DNA of 64,000 bases from Candidatus Shapirobacteria bacterium (GTDB lineage: Bacteria; Patescibacteriota; Microgenomatia; UBA12405), in contig JAQVSI010000002.1 of the NCBI GenBank assembly GCA_028700625.1, forward strand, positions 3,276 to 67,275, in the 5' to 3' direction. Under the pieces are notes generated by a model that made no database searches, was not told where the DNA came from, and worked only from the letters and a program-made list of their open reading frames with translations. The first letter of the stretch is position 1. Each line of letters begins with the position of its first letter. Made by a program: the position numbers and the translations under genes. Of the stretch, positions 55,225 through 64,000 are shown piece by piece.

Positions 55225-56277
55225 TCATTCTTTGGATTTATCCAAAATTTTGAGACCCTTTTCTTTAAAAAACTTTATATCCTGATCCATTACACTTTGC
55301 CAATCTTGTTTCAAATTGTGATCATTTCCTTGCCTAATATCTAAAATTATTTCCTTTCCTAATTTCTTTAATTTTTTTTGCAAATCTTGTTGCCATTCAA
55401 CCTCACACCACACATCATCTGTTCCCTGATGAATCAAAATTGGTGCTTCTATCCAATCGTAAAAGTTATCAATTGAATAAAGTTTACTGTCATATTCTTT
55501 TTCAAAATCTTCTATCTTTTGTCTTACTTTCAAACTTCCTTCACTTTGATCATCAACCATTTCTAAAACACTTTTAGGAAACGGATTTGTCATCGGTGCC
55601 CACAAAACTGTTGGATAATTTTGTCCACTAATTTCCAAAACTGAAATAGCAATTTGTCCACCATTACTATGAGCCCAAATTCCAATTTTTTCACTGTCGA
55701 CTATATCTAAATTCTTAACTGATTCAATTAAATCCAAGACTGATATTACCTTTTCAAATCTAGCTTCTAAAATATCATTTGATTCAGCATCTGATAATCC
55801 AAAACCTAAAAAATCCAAACTTATTGTTATAAAACCATTTCGAGCTAACTCATCAGCTGCTTTCCAACTACCCGATCCCACAAAGTATCCTTCTGATTCA
55901 GCAAAACCCCTAATCATAATAATCGCTGGTAATTTATTACTCATTGGAGTTATTGGCACATTCATCATCCCACTTATTTTCTTGCCATTTGATTCAAAAC
56001 TAATTGCCTTACTCTCAAAATCCACTGAATCTTTTCTAGCTTCCTCAACCACTAAAACTTTTCCTATTTTTTTAATTTCTGAAGCTATATTTTCTCTTTT
56101 TCTCAAATTTTCAAAATTATATTTAGCTAACCAACCTGTATTTTTTTCTTTTTTTATTTCTTCAATTTTATCAGTTTTAATCAATGGATTAATTATTTTT
56201 GTTTTTCTATTTTCAAAAAACCAATAGAAAAATACAACCACAATTAAAAACATTAATAAAACCCAAAAATTTTTCAT
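55225..56277 (-). CDS. Membrane-anchored alpha/beta hydrolase (S9-like)
   Basis: WAHSNGG nucleophile, QGTDD, DHN. Confidence 0.88.
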   Translation of the reverse strand: MKNFWVLLMFLIVVVFFYWFFENRKTKIINPLIKTDKIEEIKKEKNTGWLAKYNFENLRKRENIASEIKKIGKVLVVEEARKDSVDFESKAISFESNGKKISGMMNVPITPMSNKLPAIIMIRGFAESEGYFVGSGSWKAADELARNGFITISLDFLGFGLSDAESNDILEARFEKVISVLDLIESVKNLDIVDSEKIGIWAHSNGGQIAISVLEISGQNYPTVLWAPMTNPFPKSVLEMVDDQSEGSLKVRQKIEDFEKEYDSKLYSIDNFYDWIEAPILIHQGTDDVWCEVEWQQDLQKKLKKLGKEIILDIRQGNDHNLKQDWQSVMDQDIKFFKEKGLKILDKSKE

Positions 56278-56298
56278 TTCTTAATTTTACCTAAAAAT

Positions 56299-56327
56299 TT
56301 GACTTCTAACCATATTTGCCATAAAAT
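56299..56327 (+). promoter_or_regulatory. Sigma70 promoter of cassette 4
   Basis: TTGACT-17 nt-TAAAAT. Confidence 0.75.
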
Positions 56328-56422
56328 CGCAGCACTAAGTTAAAAAGATTTAGAACAAAAGCGTTCTTTACTTTTTTGTTCTTTTACATATATTCACAAT
56401 AAAAAAGAAAGGAGGAAATTTT

Positions 56423-56680
56423 ATGAGATATATGGCTATTCAAATTATGGATCACGAATTCAATTTATTCTCCTCACTAGAATCAAGAAAAATTCTTAAA
56501 GAGAGAGGATTTTTTTCAATCAAATTATCAACCGATACTCATTGTATTTTAGTAAAAATAAAAGATCTTTTTAAAATAAAAAAAGCGATATCTTTCTTTT
56601 TATTAAACGACGATGGTACCGAAATTAGTAATTGTGATATTGAAAAAATCTTTAGAGAAGAAAAGATATCTTGTCAATAA
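56423..56680 (+). CDS. Orphan small protein
   Basis: 85 aa; SD AAAGGAGG. Confidence 0.6.
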   Translation: MRYMAIQIMDHEFNLFSSLESRKILKERGFFSIKLSTDTHCILVKIKDLFKIKKAISFFLLNDDGTEISNCDIEKIFREEKISCQ

Positions 56681-56721
56681 TTTTAAAAGTACAAAACTTA
56701 AGTAAAAGAGGGAGATATTAT

Positions 56722-57798
56722 ATGAAACTATCACTTCACATTGCTCTGTTCTTAATCATCATATCGTTGATTGTAGGAATTTTTTCTAGTAATTTTCTAA
56801 GTGAAAAAATAACCTTTCCAAATCAAGAAACAGTCACCATAACTCCAATTCCAACACCAACCTTAATCCCAACTTTAACCCCTACTCCAGAAGTTATCGA
56901 AATTAAAATATCAGCAATTGGTGATTGCACAGTTGGATTTGACAGCAGCAAAATTGATTATGATAAATCTTATATCAATCAAAGCCCCGAAGATCTGTCC
57001 TATTATTTCAATAATGTAGTAAACATTCTTTCTAAAGACGATTTAACTATAGCCAATTGTGAAGGTGTTTTTACCAATTCAACTAATAAAAGAGTTAAAA
57101 ATGAAACCCCTTATTTCAGCTTTAAAGGTCCACCAGAATTCGCCGAAGTTTTTAAATTAGGCAGTGTTGAATATGTAAATCTCTCCAATAATCATAGTTA
57201 TGATTATTGGGAAGAAGGACTAACCGATACTAAAGAAAACTTAAATAAATATTCCGTCGGACATTTTGGAGGATGTTACGACAAGGAAGAAATTATTTAT
57301 TTTAAAAAAGATGAAATTACTATTGCCCTTCTTGGTTACAACGTCTTGTGTTTAGATTATAAAACTGAAGCCAACAAAATTATAAAAGATTTAACTTTAG
57401 CTTCGAGCCAATCAGACATTCAAATTATTTCTATTCATTGGGGAAAAGAAAGAACCAAAACTCCAAACGAAGATCAAATTTGGTTAGCTCATTATCTAAT
57501 TGATAAAGGTGTCGACTTAGTTCTTGGTACTCATCCTCATGTTATTCAGCCTATTGAAGTTTATCAAGACAAAGTCATTGTTTATTCTCTTGCTAATTTT
57601 ACCTATGGTGGACACCTCAATCCTCAACCGGAAACATTTATTTATCAACAAAACTTTAAATTTATTGATAATAAATTAATAAGCAGTGATTGGGAGATTG
57701 TTCCTTGTCTAATGTATTCAGGCAAAATCAACAATTATCAACCAACAATTGCTAATGAAACTAAAGCTAAAGAGATTTTGGATTTTTTACTTCCATAA
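56722..57798 (+). CDS. CapA/PGA_cap family metallophosphoesterase
   Basis: GDC, ANCEG, LSNNHSYDY, HWG, GTHPHV, YSLANF; start moved to MKLSLH after SD GGAG. Confidence 0.92.
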   Translation: MKLSLHIALFLIIISLIVGIFSSNFLSEKITFPNQETVTITPIPTPTLIPTLTPTPEVIEIKISAIGDCTVGFDSSKIDYDKSYINQSPEDLSYYFNNVVNILSKDDLTIANCEGVFTNSTNKRVKNETPYFSFKGPPEFAEVFKLGSVEYVNLSNNHSYDYWEEGLTDTKENLNKYSVGHFGGCYDKEEIIYFKKDEITIALLGYNVLCLDYKTEANKIIKDLTLASSQSDIQIISIHWGKERTKTPNEDQIWLAHYLIDKGVDLVLGTHPHVIQPIEVYQDKVIVYSLANFTYGGHLNPQPETFIYQQNFKFIDNKLISSDWEIVPCLMYSGKINNYQPTIANETKAKEILDFLLP

Positions 57799-57813
57799 GT
57801 TTTGTGTTTACCC

Positions 57814-57863
57814 GCCCGAGGCGTTTTTGAACTCATGTTCAACAACATCACCTCGGGCCTTTT
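57814..57863 (+). terminator. Long hairpin/terminator after the CapA-family gene
   Basis: gcccgagg..ttgaac-tcat-gttcaa..cctcgggc-ctttt. Confidence 0.55.
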
Positions 57864-57914
57864 AATAACTAATCTATTTACAAAGCAAAATCTAATTGAT
57901 ACAATAAACCCAAT

Positions 57915-57958
57915 CTAACCGAAGACAGTAGGCATTCAAATAAGTCCCACCGAGGTCA
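57915..57958 (+). promoter_or_regulatory. L10 ribosomal protein leader
   Basis: accgaagacagtagg...cccaccgaggt upstream of rplJ, followed by an attenuator hairpin. Confidence 0.8.
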
Positions 57959-57985
57959 AAACAATTTATTTGTCTTGATTAATAC

Positions 57986-58011
57986 CCTCGCTTCTTCGGC
58001 GAGGTTTTTTT
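57986..58011 (+). terminator. Attenuator terminator in rplJ leader
   Basis: cctcgct-tcttc-ggcgagg followed by a T-run. Confidence 0.75.
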
Positions 58012-58026
58012 ATTTATTAAACCAAT

Positions 58027-58545
58027 ATGCCAAATCAAGCTAAAGTCGATCAAGTCTCCGACATTACAGCTAAATTTGAACAAGCTAAATCTTGTGCTTT
58101 GATCCAATATCAAGGTCTTAATGCTATTGACATTTCCACTCTTCGTGACAATGTCCGTGCCAATGGTGGTCGTATTGAAGTTGTCAAAAACAGCCTCATT
58201 ACTCGCGCCCTTGCCAATCTCGGCATTACTCTTCCTGAAACATTGGTTGGACCAACCGCTATTACCTTCTGTAATGAAGATGAAGTAGGTCCTCTCAAAG
58301 AAGTTGACAAAGTCAACAAAACTCAAGAATTTATCACCTTCAAATATGGTGTCTATGACAAGAAGTTACTTGGATTTGATGAGCTTAAACAATTTTTAGC
58401 TCTTCCTTCCAAATCAACTCTCATCACCCAACTTTTGGGTGGATTGGTCAATCCATTGCAACGTCTTACTTACAGTATGCGTTACAATCAAAATCAGTTA
58501 GCTCTAGCTCTAAAAGCTGTTGTTGACAAACAAGAACAAAATTAA
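58027..58545 (+). CDS. rplJ: 50S ribosomal protein L10
   Basis: YQGL..LR, VVKNSL, GPTAI, LPSK. Confidence 0.95.
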   Translation: MPNQAKVDQVSDITAKFEQAKSCALIQYQGLNAIDISTLRDNVRANGGRIEVVKNSLITRALANLGITLPETLVGPTAITFCNEDEVGPLKEVDKVNKTQEFITFKYGVYDKKLLGFDELKQFLALPSKSTLITQLLGGLVNPLQRLTYSMRYNQNQLALALKAVVDKQEQN

Positions 58546-58578
58546 TTGTTCAATTATTAAAAATTAAAAAACAAAAAT

Positions 58579-58971
58579 ATGGAATTATCCGCAAAATTGC
58601 AAAAAATATTAGATTCTATCTCTGAGCTTTCAGTTGTAGAATTATCAGAACTCGTTAAAGGTATCGAAGAAAAATTCGATGTTAAAGCTGTTGCCGTGTC
58701 ACCTGCTGCCGCTGCACCTACTGCTGGCGCTGGCGCTGCACCTGCACCTGCTGAAGAAAAATCTGAATTTGATGTTATCATCACTTCTGCTGGCGCAAAT
58801 AAAATTGCTGTCATCAAAGCTGTCCGAGAATTTAAACCAGAACTTGGTCTTAAAGAAGCCAAAGATATGGTTGATGCCTGTCCAGCTGATTTAGGTACTA
58901 TGAAAAAAGAAGCTGCTAATGATGCTAAAGCAAAATTAGAAGCCGCTGGAGCACAAGTTGAATTAAAATAA
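58579..58971 (+). CDS. rplL: 50S ribosomal protein L7/L12
   Basis: [24 protein letters not shown]. Confidence 0.97.
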   Translation: MELSAKLQKILDSISELSVVELSELVKGIEEKFDVKAVAVSPAAAAPTAGAGAAPAPAEEKSEFDVIITSAGANKIAVIKAVREFKPELGLKEAKDMVDACPADLGTMKKEAANDAKAKLEAAGAQVELK

Positions 58972-58987
58972 TTTTATTTTAACTATT

Positions 58988-59014
58988 AAAAACCCGCCGT
59001 TTGGCGGGTTTTTT
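58988..59014. terminator. Bidirectional intrinsic terminator
   Basis: aaaaacccgcc-gttt-ggcgggtttttt between convergent genes. Confidence 0.85.
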
Positions 59015-59033
59015 AGTTACTAAAAATTTTTAT

Positions 59034-60092
59034 TTATAATAATTCTTCGTTATTTCCCTCTTTTAATTTATCAACTACCTGTCCCACCTTTCCTGTTTGG
59101 TCCTTTTTAGTAATCAATAAAGCATCACCAGTATCCACCACCACTAAATCATCAACCCCAATCACTGCAATAAATTTTTTATCTTTTTTATAAATAAAGT
59201 TATTATTACTTTCAATTTCCAAAGTTTCACCATCTGTTTTATAAAAACCTCTATCACTCATATAATTAGCCACCGATTCCCAAGTTCCAAAATCCACCCA
59301 ATTAAATGGCAATTCAACCACCAAAGATTCATTATTTTTATAAACTAATTTAGTTACATCTTCTATTCCTGCTTTTGGCATTTTTGCATATTCGGTAACT
59401 ACATCACCACCATTTGCAATATTTACTAATGGCTCATACCATTCAATTTTATATTTTTGATACATTTTTAATAAATTATTTGGTGTCATCGTGGTGTGAT
59501 TGGCATGCAAAAGTAATTTACCTGTTCCTAAATACTGTTTTATTTTATCTTCTTCAGTTCTATCGATATAATCAGCTACCTCAAAAATATCAACTCCATT
59601 TTCTTCACTAACTAAATTTCCTTTAACTAAATAATCTACTCCTCTAATAATTGATTGTGGAGTAAAACCACCAGTAATATATTTATCACTTTCATTGGCC
59701 AATTTTTCCACTTCTCCAATCATAGTTAAAAAATTTTCATCTGATTCTCTTAAAACATCAGCCTGAACCAATATAAATGGTTCATCTCCAAAACCTTTTT
59801 TGATTAGCTGAGCAGCAGCAAATCCAGTTGCTGGCCCTTGATTCCTCATTTCTGGTTCGATAAAAATATTTTCCTCAATAATTTCTGAAACCATATTTTT
59901 GGCAATCTTAGCCTGAGTTTCATTTGTTTGTAAAAATATTTCCTCTGGGCTAAATCTCTTTCTCAAAGCTTCCCAGTTCAATTCAAACAATGATTTACCA
60001 TTAACCAATGGTAAAAAATGTTTTGGCATTGTGCTTCGGCTCATTGGCCACATTTTACTGCCAATTCCACCACAAATTATTACAGGTTTCAT
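59034..60092 (-). CDS. manC: Mannose-1-phosphate guanylyltransferase-like
   Basis: ICGGIGSKMWPMSR..PKHF, WVDFGTW, DTGDALLI. Confidence 0.85.
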   Translation of the reverse strand: MKPVIICGGIGSKMWPMSRSTMPKHFLPLVNGKSLFELNWEALRKRFSPEEIFLQTNETQAKIAKNMVSEIIEENIFIEPEMRNQGPATGFAAAQLIKKGFGDEPFILVQADVLRESDENFLTMIGEVEKLANESDKYITGGFTPQSIIRGVDYLVKGNLVSEENGVDIFEVADYIDRTEEDKIKQYLGTGKLLLHANHTTMTPNNLLKMYQKYKIEWYEPLVNIANGGDVVTEYAKMPKAGIEDVTKLVYKNNESLVVELPFNWVDFGTWESVANYMSDRGFYKTDGETLEIESNNNFIYKKDKKFIAVIGVDDLVVVDTGDALLITKKDQTGKVGQVVDKLKEGNNEELL

Positions 60093-60108
60093 ATTATTAT
60101 TATATAAT

Positions 60109-60582
60109 ATGAAGATGACAAAAATGAAACTAATTAAAAAAACTGAAAAATGGTTACAAAAAAATCACTTATCTTTTTCTTTAAAAGATATCGAGCGTCC
60201 ATGGGGTGCTTTTTGGCACATTTCTCCAGATTCTTTAAATAATTTTTTAGATCTTTTTTTTCCTAATTTCAATCCTAACAATCAATTTATTAGTCCTAAA
60301 ATACTTCTTGTAGAACCTCACAAAAGACTTTCTCTTCAAATTCACCATAAACGTTCAGAAGAATGGTATGTTGTCGATGGACCTGTTAAGGTAGTAGCTG
60401 ATAATAATGAATTAATTTTAGAAAAAGGACAATCTATTACTCTTAAAAAAGAAGAAACTCATCGTCTTTGTGGTCTAGAAAAAGCAGGAATAGTAGCTGA
60501 AATATGGATACATAATGATCCATCAGATCCTTCAACAGAAGAGGATATTATTCGACTTGAAGATGATTTTACTAGAAATTAA
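60109..60582 (+). CDS. Cupin, type II mannose-6-phosphate isomerase domain
   Basis: RPWG, RLSLQIHHKRSEEW, EEDIIRLEDDF; start could be 60115. Confidence 0.85.
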   Translation: MKMTKMKLIKKTEKWLQKNHLSFSLKDIERPWGAFWHISPDSLNNFLDLFFPNFNPNNQFISPKILLVEPHKRLSLQIHHKRSEEWYVVDGPVKVVADNNELILEKGQSITLKKEETHRLCGLEKAGIVAEIWIHNDPSDPSTEEDIIRLEDDFTRN

Positions 60583-61568
60583 TTCCTACAAAAATTTACA
60601 ATATTTTCCACCGTTGTTTCAACAATTCTTTCAATTGCCTCTTTGGTATTAAAAGCGTTATGAGGTGTAAAAATTACATCATCCCTATCTCTAAGCATAT
60701 GAAAGCTCAACACTTCTTGCAAATTATCTTTGGTAATTTTTTTACTCATTACCACACTCATACTTTCCAATAAATTCTCTTCCTCAGTCACATCTAAAGC
60801 CGCTCCAGCCAATATTTTATTATTAAGGGCCCACACAATTGCTTCAGTTTCAATAACTGCCCCTCGCGAAGTATTAATTAGAAAACTCCCCTCTTTCATT
60901 AATTTAATATTTTTCTTATTAACCATATGAAAAGTTTCTGGAATTGCTGGCACATGAAAGGTAACAAAATCCGCTTCTTTCAAACAAATTTCCAAATCCA
61001 CTAACTTACAACTAATTTTTTTTGCTTCTTCAGCTTTTAAGACCGGATCCACTCCCAAAACTTTCATTCCAAAACCTTTAGCAATCTTAATCACATTTTG
61101 TCCTATCTTTCCAACTCCAATCACTCCTAATGTTTTTCCAAATAAATCAACTCCTGTCAGACCTTCTGGATTAAATTCCCCATCTTCCACCGATTGATGA
61201 GCCACTACTATTTTTTTTGTAATAGCCAACAACAATGCAAAAGTATATTCTGCTACCGTATTTGAACCATAAATTGGCACATTAAATATTTTTATTTTTC
61301 TTTTTTTACACTCATCAACATCTATATGGTCCATCCCTGTCGATCTTGTTACAATCATTTTTAAATTTGGCAATTTAGCCAAAATTTCTTTATCTAATTT
61401 TGAGTAAATAAAAGGAGAAATAATGTCATATTTTTCGGCCAATTCTAAATTATCTTGTACTTCGTCTTCAAAAATTCCAATTCCAAAACTATCTATTTTG
61501 ATAATTTCTTTTTCGATTATTTCCCTCTCCCAACTTTTAACTCCAAAAAATGCAATTTTATAATCCAT
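60579..61568 (-). CDS. D-isomer 2-hydroxyacid dehydrogenase (D-lactate dehydrogenase-like)
   Basis: RSTGMDHID, GVGKIG, INTSRG, TPHNAF; start moved to MDYKIA. Confidence 0.92.
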   Translation of the reverse strand: MDYKIAFFGVKSWEREIIEKEIIKIDSFGIGIFEDEVQDNLELAEKYDIISPFIYSKLDKEILAKLPNLKMIVTRSTGMDHIDVDECKKRKIKIFNVPIYGSNTVAEYTFALLLAITKKIVVAHQSVEDGEFNPEGLTGVDLFGKTLGVIGVGKIGQNVIKIAKGFGMKVLGVDPVLKAEEAKKISCKLVDLEICLKEADFVTFHVPAIPETFHMVNKKNIKLMKEGSFLINTSRGAVIETEAIVWALNNKILAGAALDVTEEENLLESMSVVMSKKITKDNLQEVLSFHMLRDRDDVIFTPHNAFNTKEAIERIVETTVENIVNFCRN

Positions 61569-61581
61569 AAACAATTCTATC

Positions 61582-61689
61582 AAATCTCTCTCGGCTTCGC
61601 CGTTTCTCCCTTTGACTAAAGGGAGACTCAATTAAAAATTGATAAAATTTTCCCCTCCTTTCGTCAAAGGAGGGGTTGGGGTGGATTTT
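61582..61689. repeat. Inverted doublet of 'TCAAGG' palindromic repeats (REPIN-like)
   Basis: tctccctttgactaaagggaga plus cccctcctttcgtcaaaggagggg. Confidence 0.8.
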
Positions 61690-61766
61690 GATTATTGACA
61701 CATTAATATGCAATATGTTTTACTGATATTAATTAATCATTATTGTGATATAAGAGGAGCCAATCA

Positions 61767-62027
61767 ATGGACTATCAAACAGAATCGCAAGAGAAACTTG
61801 TGAAACAAAATTCTTCCACTCCAAAAAAAGTTAACGGAGTCTCTATCGACAATCTTCCCGACCTCCTAACCGTGGCCGAAGTCGCCGATCTATTACGCGT
61901 TAGTAAATTAACCATCAAAAGATGGGGTAAACGAGGTAAATTGCCAGCTATCCGAATTAATGCTCGTGGTGACCGACGTTATAGAAAAGAAGCCGTTCTT
62001 TGGTTACTTGGTATCCAAACCGAATAA
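61767..62027 (+). CDS. BldC/Xis-like MerR-type HTH DNA-binding protein
   Basis: LLTVAEVADLLRVS..TIKRW..GKLPAIR..GDRRY. Confidence 0.88.
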   Translation: MDYQTESQEKLVKQNSSTPKKVNGVSIDNLPDLLTVAEVADLLRVSKLTIKRWGKRGKLPAIRINARGDRRYRKEAVLWLLGIQTE

Positions 62028-62097
62028 ATCAGTATTTTCACAGCTTTAGCAAAGAATATCCTGCCCTTTTTTATTCAAGTTAATCGCCCAGCAGTTA

Positions 62098-62295
62098 TTA
62101 AATATTTTTGCTTTGTTTATTTAATTCAATCTTTTTTTTTGCCTGAACAAAATCAATTACTCTTCTTTTTTTATTGTCAATAAATTTTTGATGATTTGAT
62201 TCTTCAATACAAGTTCTTATTTTACCCCGCCTAACAATATCTTCAACGTTAATATTTTCAAAAACTATTTGCTCAAAATCATTTTTTTCACTCAT
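62098..62295 (-). CDS. Hypothetical small protein
   Basis: 65 aa; ATGA overlap with the ruvB stop. Confidence 0.45.
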   Translation of the reverse strand: MSEKNDFEQIVFENINVEDIVRRGKIRTCIEESNHQKFIDNKKRRVIDFVQAKKKIELNKQSKNI

Positions 62296-63275
62296 GTTAA
62301 CACTCTCCCTTTTGGTGTTCTTTTAATTAATCCTTTTTTCATTAAAAATGGTTCATAGACCTCAGTAATTGTGCCCACATCTTCGGTTAGCGCGGCCGCA
62401 ATATTTTCCACTCCCACCGGCCCTCCACTATATTGTTTTCTAATAATTTCTAAATATTTTCTATCAGCATCAGATAATCCATCTTTATCCACTCCCAACA
62501 TTTTTAAAGCCTTGTCTACATGTTCAGCTGTAATAATTGCTTGCCCATCTGTAGCTTTATGCGAAAGAGGGTTTACTTGGGCATAATCCCGTACTCGTCG
62601 CAAAAGTCGATTAGCAATTCTTGGAGTTCCTCGAGATCTTTTTGAAATCGATTCCGCCGCCTCTGATTCAATTTTAACTTTTAAAACTTCTCCCGTTCTT
62701 TCAATAATTTCTTTTAAATCATTATCATCATAAAAATCTAGTTGTTGAACGTAACCAAATCGATCTCTCATTGGCCCTGAAATTAATCCAATTCTAGTCG
62801 TTGCTCCAACTAAGGTAAATTTTTGTAAATTAAGCCTAACAGTCTTTGCTGATGGTCCTTTTCCAAGAACAATATCCAAAGCAAAATCTTCCATGGCACT
62901 GTAAAGCATTTCTTCCACTAATTTATTTAAACGATGAATTTCATCAATAAACAAAAAATCACCTTTTTTAAGACCAGTTAAAATTGAAGCCAAATCTCCT
63001 GCTCTAGTCAAAGCTGGACCAGAAGTCATTTTAATATTACTCCCCATTTCTCGAGCCATCAAACAAGCTAAAGTTGTTTTACCAAGTCCTGGTGGACCAT
63101 AAAATAAAATATGATCTAAAGCTTCGTTTCTGTTCTTAGCCGCTTCCAAAAAAATATTTAATTGTTGTTTTAATTTTTCTTGTCCAATAAATTCATTTAA
63201 TTTTTGTGGTCGCAAACTTTTCTCCACTATTTTTTCACTAACTTCGGCTTTAGGATTTAAATTTGTATCCGTCAT
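62292..63275 (-). CDS. ruvB: Holliday junction helicase RuvB
   Basis: [31 protein letters not shown]. Confidence 0.97.
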   Translation of the reverse strand: MTDTNLNPKAEVSEKIVEKSLRPQKLNEFIGQEKLKQQLNIFLEAAKNRNEALDHILFYGPPGLGKTTLACLMAREMGSNIKMTSGPALTRAGDLASILTGLKKGDFLFIDEIHRLNKLVEEMLYSAMEDFALDIVLGKGPSAKTVRLNLQKFTLVGATTRIGLISGPMRDRFGYVQQLDFYDDNDLKEIIERTGEVLKVKIESEAAESISKRSRGTPRIANRLLRRVRDYAQVNPLSHKATDGQAIITAEHVDKALKMLGVDKDGLSDADRKYLEIIRKQYSGGPVGVENIAAALTEDVGTITEVYEPFLMKKGLIKRTPKGRVLT

Positions 63276-63841
63276 ATTTTACTTAAACACCATTCTAATT
63301 TTTCTTCAATTGTAATTAATTCAGTTGGCAATTTTGCCACCACTTTTTCAATTTCTTTTCTTTCAAAACCAAGCTGTTTTAAACTTAAAGTCAAATCATT
63401 CTCTGTTTTTTCATCATCTTTAGTCAAATCCAATTCTCCTAATCCGCCAATTTTTGATTTCAAATCAATAATAATTCTTTGAGCTGTCTTTTTGCCAATT
63501 CCTTTAATTTTTTCAAAAAATCCAACATCTGCATTTCCAATTGCTTTAATAATTTCTTCACTATCAACTTGACCCATTATTTGGGCTCCACTTTTTGGTC
63601 CCACTCCCGACACAGAAATTAACATTTTAAATAAATTAACTTCATTAATTGTTTCAAATCCAAACAAACTAACATCATTTTCAGAAACTGATTGATAAGT
63701 ATAAATTTTAATTTTTTCTCCAACTGTTCTTTTCTTTAAAAAATTCAATCCACACCAAACCAAATAACCAACATCTTGCACTTCAATATCTACAAAATTA
63801 TTACCAATTGTTAAAATCTCTCCTTTTAAACTCGAAATCAT
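63272..63841 (-). CDS. ruvA: Holliday junction protein RuvA
   Basis: [21 protein letters not shown]. Confidence 0.96.
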   Translation of the reverse strand: MISSLKGEILTIGNNFVDIEVQDVGYLVWCGLNFLKKRTVGEKIKIYTYQSVSENDVSLFGFETINEVNLFKMLISVSGVGPKSGAQIMGQVDSEEIIKAIGNADVGFFEKIKGIGKKTAQRIIIDLKSKIGGLGELDLTKDDEKTENDLTLSLKQLGFERKEIEKVVAKLPTELITIEEKLEWCLSKI

Positions 63842-63943
63842 AAACTCATTTTAACACCCTGCCCGCAATCGCTAAAGCGATAGCTTTTGCAGGCGGGTAA
63901 ACCAAACAAAACCCAAAGACTATCCAACCACCCACAAACTATA

Positions 63944-64000
63944 TCAAATCACCAAATTTTTGTTAGTAAATAAATAAGTCAAAGCCACTGCCACTGCATC
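63944..64000 (-). CDS. ruvC: RuvC C-terminus (partial)
   Basis: DAVAVALTYL then stop, upstream of ruvA. Confidence 0.65.
   Translation of the reverse strand, partial: DAVAVALTYLFTNKNLVI

Noticed and set aside
1-64000. CRISPR array or integron cassette array
   Set aside because: Repeats are dispersed, with no regular repeat-spacer period and no cas or integrase gene

Overview
Very AT-rich chromosomal window using the standard code (tRNA-Trp CCA; TGA ends ORFs). Gene content points to a Patescibacteria/CPR bacterium, most likely Microgenomates and possibly Shapirobacteria (inference): short EF-Ts, N-extended S2/L1, ThyX, class II RNR, HerA/VirB4-like ATPase, and cohesin/dockerin surface proteins. 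Most of it is housekeeping (translation, replication/repair, nucleotide and envelope genes, 5 tRNAs, a probable 6S RNA, an L10 leader, a cobalamin riboswitch, an NrdR box). The unusual signal is largely non-coding. (1) Several orphan-gene loci share one design: a -35/-10 promoter, a boxA-like GTTCTTTAA(C/A)AA, and an arm whose perfect reverse complement lies after the ORFs, like a pre-rRNA processing stalk. One such locus ends in an intact type III hammerhead ribozyme. (2) A three-copy ~80-nt hairpin shows compensatory base changes. (3) At least four families of short palindromic or heptameric repeats occur, many inserted in-frame in core genes, and one family brackets a DUF559 endonuclease gene. 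(4) A surface operon combines an LPXTG cohesin, dockerins and beta-defensin-like 6-Cys modules. No CRISPR array, rRNA gene or transposase was seen. All calls are by eye, without database searches.
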